This document shows, in pieces, positions 50,465-52,866 of a stretch of DNA of 52,866 nucleotides (positions are counted from its first letter, which is position 1; each line of letters starts with the position of its first letter). Below the pieces are notes generated by a model, which saw only the letters and a list, made by a program, of their open reading frames with translations, searched no databases and was not told the origin of the DNA. The stretch spans positions 62,001 through 114,866 of the forward strand of contig JAPEUG010000006.1 in NCBI GenBank assembly GCA_026025795.1. Direction: 5' to 3'. A program made the translations under genes and the position numbers. The stretch comes from Thelocarpon superellum. Lineage: Eukaryota.

Positions 50465-51319
50465 AGAGACAACACAGACGCCTACCAAGTAGCACAGCTG
50501 GTTCAGGATCTCCATCAGGAGGAAGTTCAAATGCTCAGTCACAGCAAGAAGAGTGCTGCTGTCACACTGTCCACACTTGTTGAATTCGACAGTAGAACAG
50601 AACTTTGAGATGTGGAGCAGCAGGCTAGACCTATAGGTCTCTAGCTGCGATTCTGCTGTGATGGTGTTAGTAGGAGGATGATGGAGTGAGTTCATGTACT
50701 GCTCTTGCAGCCAGAAGATGGTGTTCATGTGTCCTACAAACTTTGTGGAGATCTAGTTGACAATGACAAATCAGCACAGCTACACAGCAGAGCAATTGAT
50801 GTACTGAGAGACAGGGGTGCCCAGTGATTTGGCACCTATTGCACTTCCTATACAGATTAGGCTTATGGCACCTATGGCTGTGGTTGTGGCTGATCCACTT
50901 GATGCAGTGTTGACAGGTGCTCTGATCCAACACAGGAGGCAGGCTAGGCACAGCCACCTGCTCAGGGAACACAGCAGACATTGTGAGGTTTGGCAAAAGT
51001 GGAACAGAGGCAGAAGCAGATCAATGGAAGCAGAACAGGAGCAGAACAAACACAGGATATTCTTGAACAAAGAAGCTACAACAATTGCAGATTGAGATCC
51101 TGGTTGATGAAGAAGCTGCAGAAGAAGCAGAGTGTTAACAGACCCACAACAAATATCAACAATGTGCAAATTAGCAGCAATTCACCACAACATGACAACA
51201 ACATGTTGCCCTAGCCCTACAGCACTATTGACAACCACCCCACAGGGCCATCCAGTTCAATAGCAGCAGGTGAATAGCTGTGTGCGCTCCTGGAACAGAG
51301 TGCTAAGGAAGAGGGTAAT

Positions 51320-51576
51320 TGTGAGGCTGGGAGCTCCACACCTTGCCACAAGGATAGGAGTGATCATGTGATGGCCACATGATGGTCACATGATACAGCA
51401 CATGACCTAGCACACTGTATATAAACTGAGTCCTGCTGTGAGCTAGCAGAGCCCCAGTGTTCAACTTGAGTAACACAAGGAGGCTAGTCATAGGTCTATG
51501 AGCCCTAGGAGCCACAGAGTCAACTCCATTGACTATGTCTACTGTTTCTGCCTAGCTGTAGGCCTTCGTTGTCACA
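51320..51576 (+). repeat. Gypsy A 3' LTR
   Basis: TGTGA..GTCACA; direct repeat of 36806-37062, preceded by the PPT. Confidence 0.93.
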
Positions 51577-52073
51577 ATCGATTCCAGAAGTTGATTGCTT
51601 CAAGGTCGAATAGTAGTAGGAGGTGATGGATCTCTAGCTTTGTAAATCTATAGATCACATCATGTCAGTATCATGTTCAAGCAGGCAAGGAACCTACCAG
51701 AACTAGTGATGGCACACAGAGTCTAGTAGTGATTCTATGGAGAACTCAAAGTGCTTGTGAGGTTGTAGAGGATGTGTAGGGTGGAGCCAGTGCTGGAGCT
51801 CACATCTGTGATGTAAGTGGAAGGCTACCAGAGTGAGGAGAAGAGCAACAAGGTGGGAGTGATGAGAAGCCTCTATTGCTGCAAGATTGTGAGATCTCAG
51901 TGTTGGAGGTGAGGAAAAGCTGGATTAGAGCTCCAGAGCTCCCTCCTGATTCCATCATTCAATCCATATATTGCCTATTATAGACTAGTGGCTACACTAT
52001 TCCTAAATTCACCAAAAACCACTATTCCCAAATAGCTCTTCCAAACTTCAGTGACTGGTGGCGAAACCACTCT

Positions 52074-52132
52074 AGTCAACTCCATTGACTACATCTACTG
52101 TTTCCACCTAGCTGTAGGCCTTTGTTGTCACA
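52074..52132 (+). repeat. Solo LTR of the Gypsy A family, right part
   Basis: AGTCAACTCCATTGACTACATCTACTG..GTTGTCACA completes the LTR begun at 34266. Confidence 0.88.
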
Positions 52133-52237
52133 CACAGCATGTGACTTTATCATGTGATGTTACTGCACTGCTTAGTAGATAATAAGTAGCAAGTTGGCAA
52201 AGTGTATAAACCATCTTAAAGCCTCATCTTCCTTACA
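52133..52237. repeat. Probable fragment of a different degenerate LTR
   Basis: CpG-free, contains CATGTGA motifs and TATAAA, ends ..CCTTACA where normal CpG content resumes; no second copy in the window. Confidence 0.35.
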
Positions 52238-52866
52238 CTATAGGCACAATATGAGCAGTGGGTGTGTAAAGGTGAGTAAAGGTGAGCAGCAGGGGAGGTC
52301 GAAGGCGTATTGCGGGTGTGCAGAGCAGCGACAGATGACTAACCCTAGCAGGAAAGCAACAACATCTTCGTAGGCCAGACCAGTGTGACGGTGGACAATT
52401 CGAGAGGACCAATTGTCAGGCGAGGAAGGACTTGGTCGTACATGGAGGTCCCTTCCCTGAATTCCAAAAATTCGGACAGATTGGTAATCGAGGGGTGGGA
52501 GATGGAGATTGGAAGGGCTGACCAAGACACAAGGGGTTCGTCGGACTTAACGTTCTACGACGGTTGGGCCTTTTCCGGCCGTGCATGACTCGGACCAAGC
52601 GTCATGGACCGGCAGGCGGTCTAGAAAAAAGGAGGGCGGATGGACGAGATACGAAGCAACCCTTTTACTCGTACCACTTCTGCTATTATTGGGTCCACGG
52701 CTACTGGTAAGTTTTACCCACGAGCCTGGACGAGTCAATTTGGCGGAAGCAGCACATGAACGCGCCTCCTGGAAGCATAAGTGCCACCGCGACTTGAAAC
52801 CCTGGCGGGCCGCCCCCGAATCTGCACGTTGCGCTGCCTGCCTCTGCCCTATGCGGTCGGCTGTGT

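Larger units (their letters stand above)
42594..50981 (-). pseudogene. Antisense accessory gene of Gypsy A (Cys-rich Zn-cluster-like N-terminus, one intron); exon 1 50981-50805, exon 2 50752-50465 continuing 42713-~42594 across Gypsy B
   Basis: ACAATG start; C-x2-C-x12-C-x8-C-x2-C-x6-C; intron GTACAT..GCTGAT..TAG joins two ORF-track frames in phase 0; the frame stays open across the AGAGA TSD. Confidence 0.65.
36806..51576 (+). mobile_element. Ty3/Gypsy chromovirus 'A', full length, inactivated, with nested Gypsy B
   Basis: 257-bp LTRs (36806-37062, 51320-51576); TSD ATTGA/ATCGA (36801-36805, 51577-51581); PPT AAGGAAGAGGG just before the 3' LTR; gag-PR-RT-RH-IN-chromodomain order. Confidence 0.95.
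35910..51900 (-). pseudogene. Harbinger DDE_Tnp_4-type transposase remnant, interrupted by Gypsy A (pieces ~51900-51577 and 36805-35910)
   Basis: FTKLEIHHLL..NFWNRY|SALPDLAICLLLA joins across the TSD; also LYIYSNKAY (from YGDxAY) and FNTVMSSYHISVEHAFG. Probable intron near 51650-51696. Confidence 0.75.
34457..52073. mobile_element. PIF/Harbinger DNA transposon (~2.8 kb of its own sequence) carrying two nested Gypsy elements
   Basis: 16-bp TIRs AGAGTGGTTTCGCCAC (34457-34472, 52058-52073); 3-bp TSD AGT (34454-34456, 52074-52076); convergent Myb-like and DDE transposase remnants. Confidence 0.88.

Noticed and set aside
34266..52132. Recurring direct repeats as a CRISPR-like or satellite array
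   Set aside because: They are LTR copies kilobases apart with TG..CA ends, PPTs and TSDs, in a eukaryotic context.
52238..52866. Minus-strand fragment containing ICPNFW, reminiscent of a metalloprotease
   Set aside because: No HExxH motif found, frames are interrupted, and the region is truncated by the window edge.

Overview
Eukaryotic DNA from a filamentous ascomycete (Pezizomycotina-type genes, short GT-AG introns with CTRAY branch points). Bases ~1-30,500 are a GC/CpG-rich, gene-dense block of 14 genes: Chs4/Skt5-like Sel1 protein, an intronless putative HEPN-like protein, LigB-type dioxygenase, NDUFA2, MPC2, acyl-protein thioesterase, an SDR, EGD1/BTF3, malate synthase, PLS1 tetraspanin, MCM1, NIPA-like transporter, VMA4 and a possible Nse6/SLF2-like protein. 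Bases ~30,800-52,240 are a CpG-depleted, hypermutated transposon block: a complete pogo/Fot1 element, then a four-level nest (solo LTR < PIF/Harbinger < chromovirus Gypsy A < chromovirus Gypsy B) whose three nested insertions each have identifiable TSDs. Most notable: (1) an antisense, intron-containing, Zn-cluster-like accessory gene inside Gypsy A; (2) a ~580-codon sense ORF3 in the env position of Gypsy B; (3) a single-nucleotide exon in EGD1; (4) a repeat-restricted C-to-T signature that targets CpG, creates CTAG and appears to spare TCGA. All calls come from reading the sequence; no searches were run.
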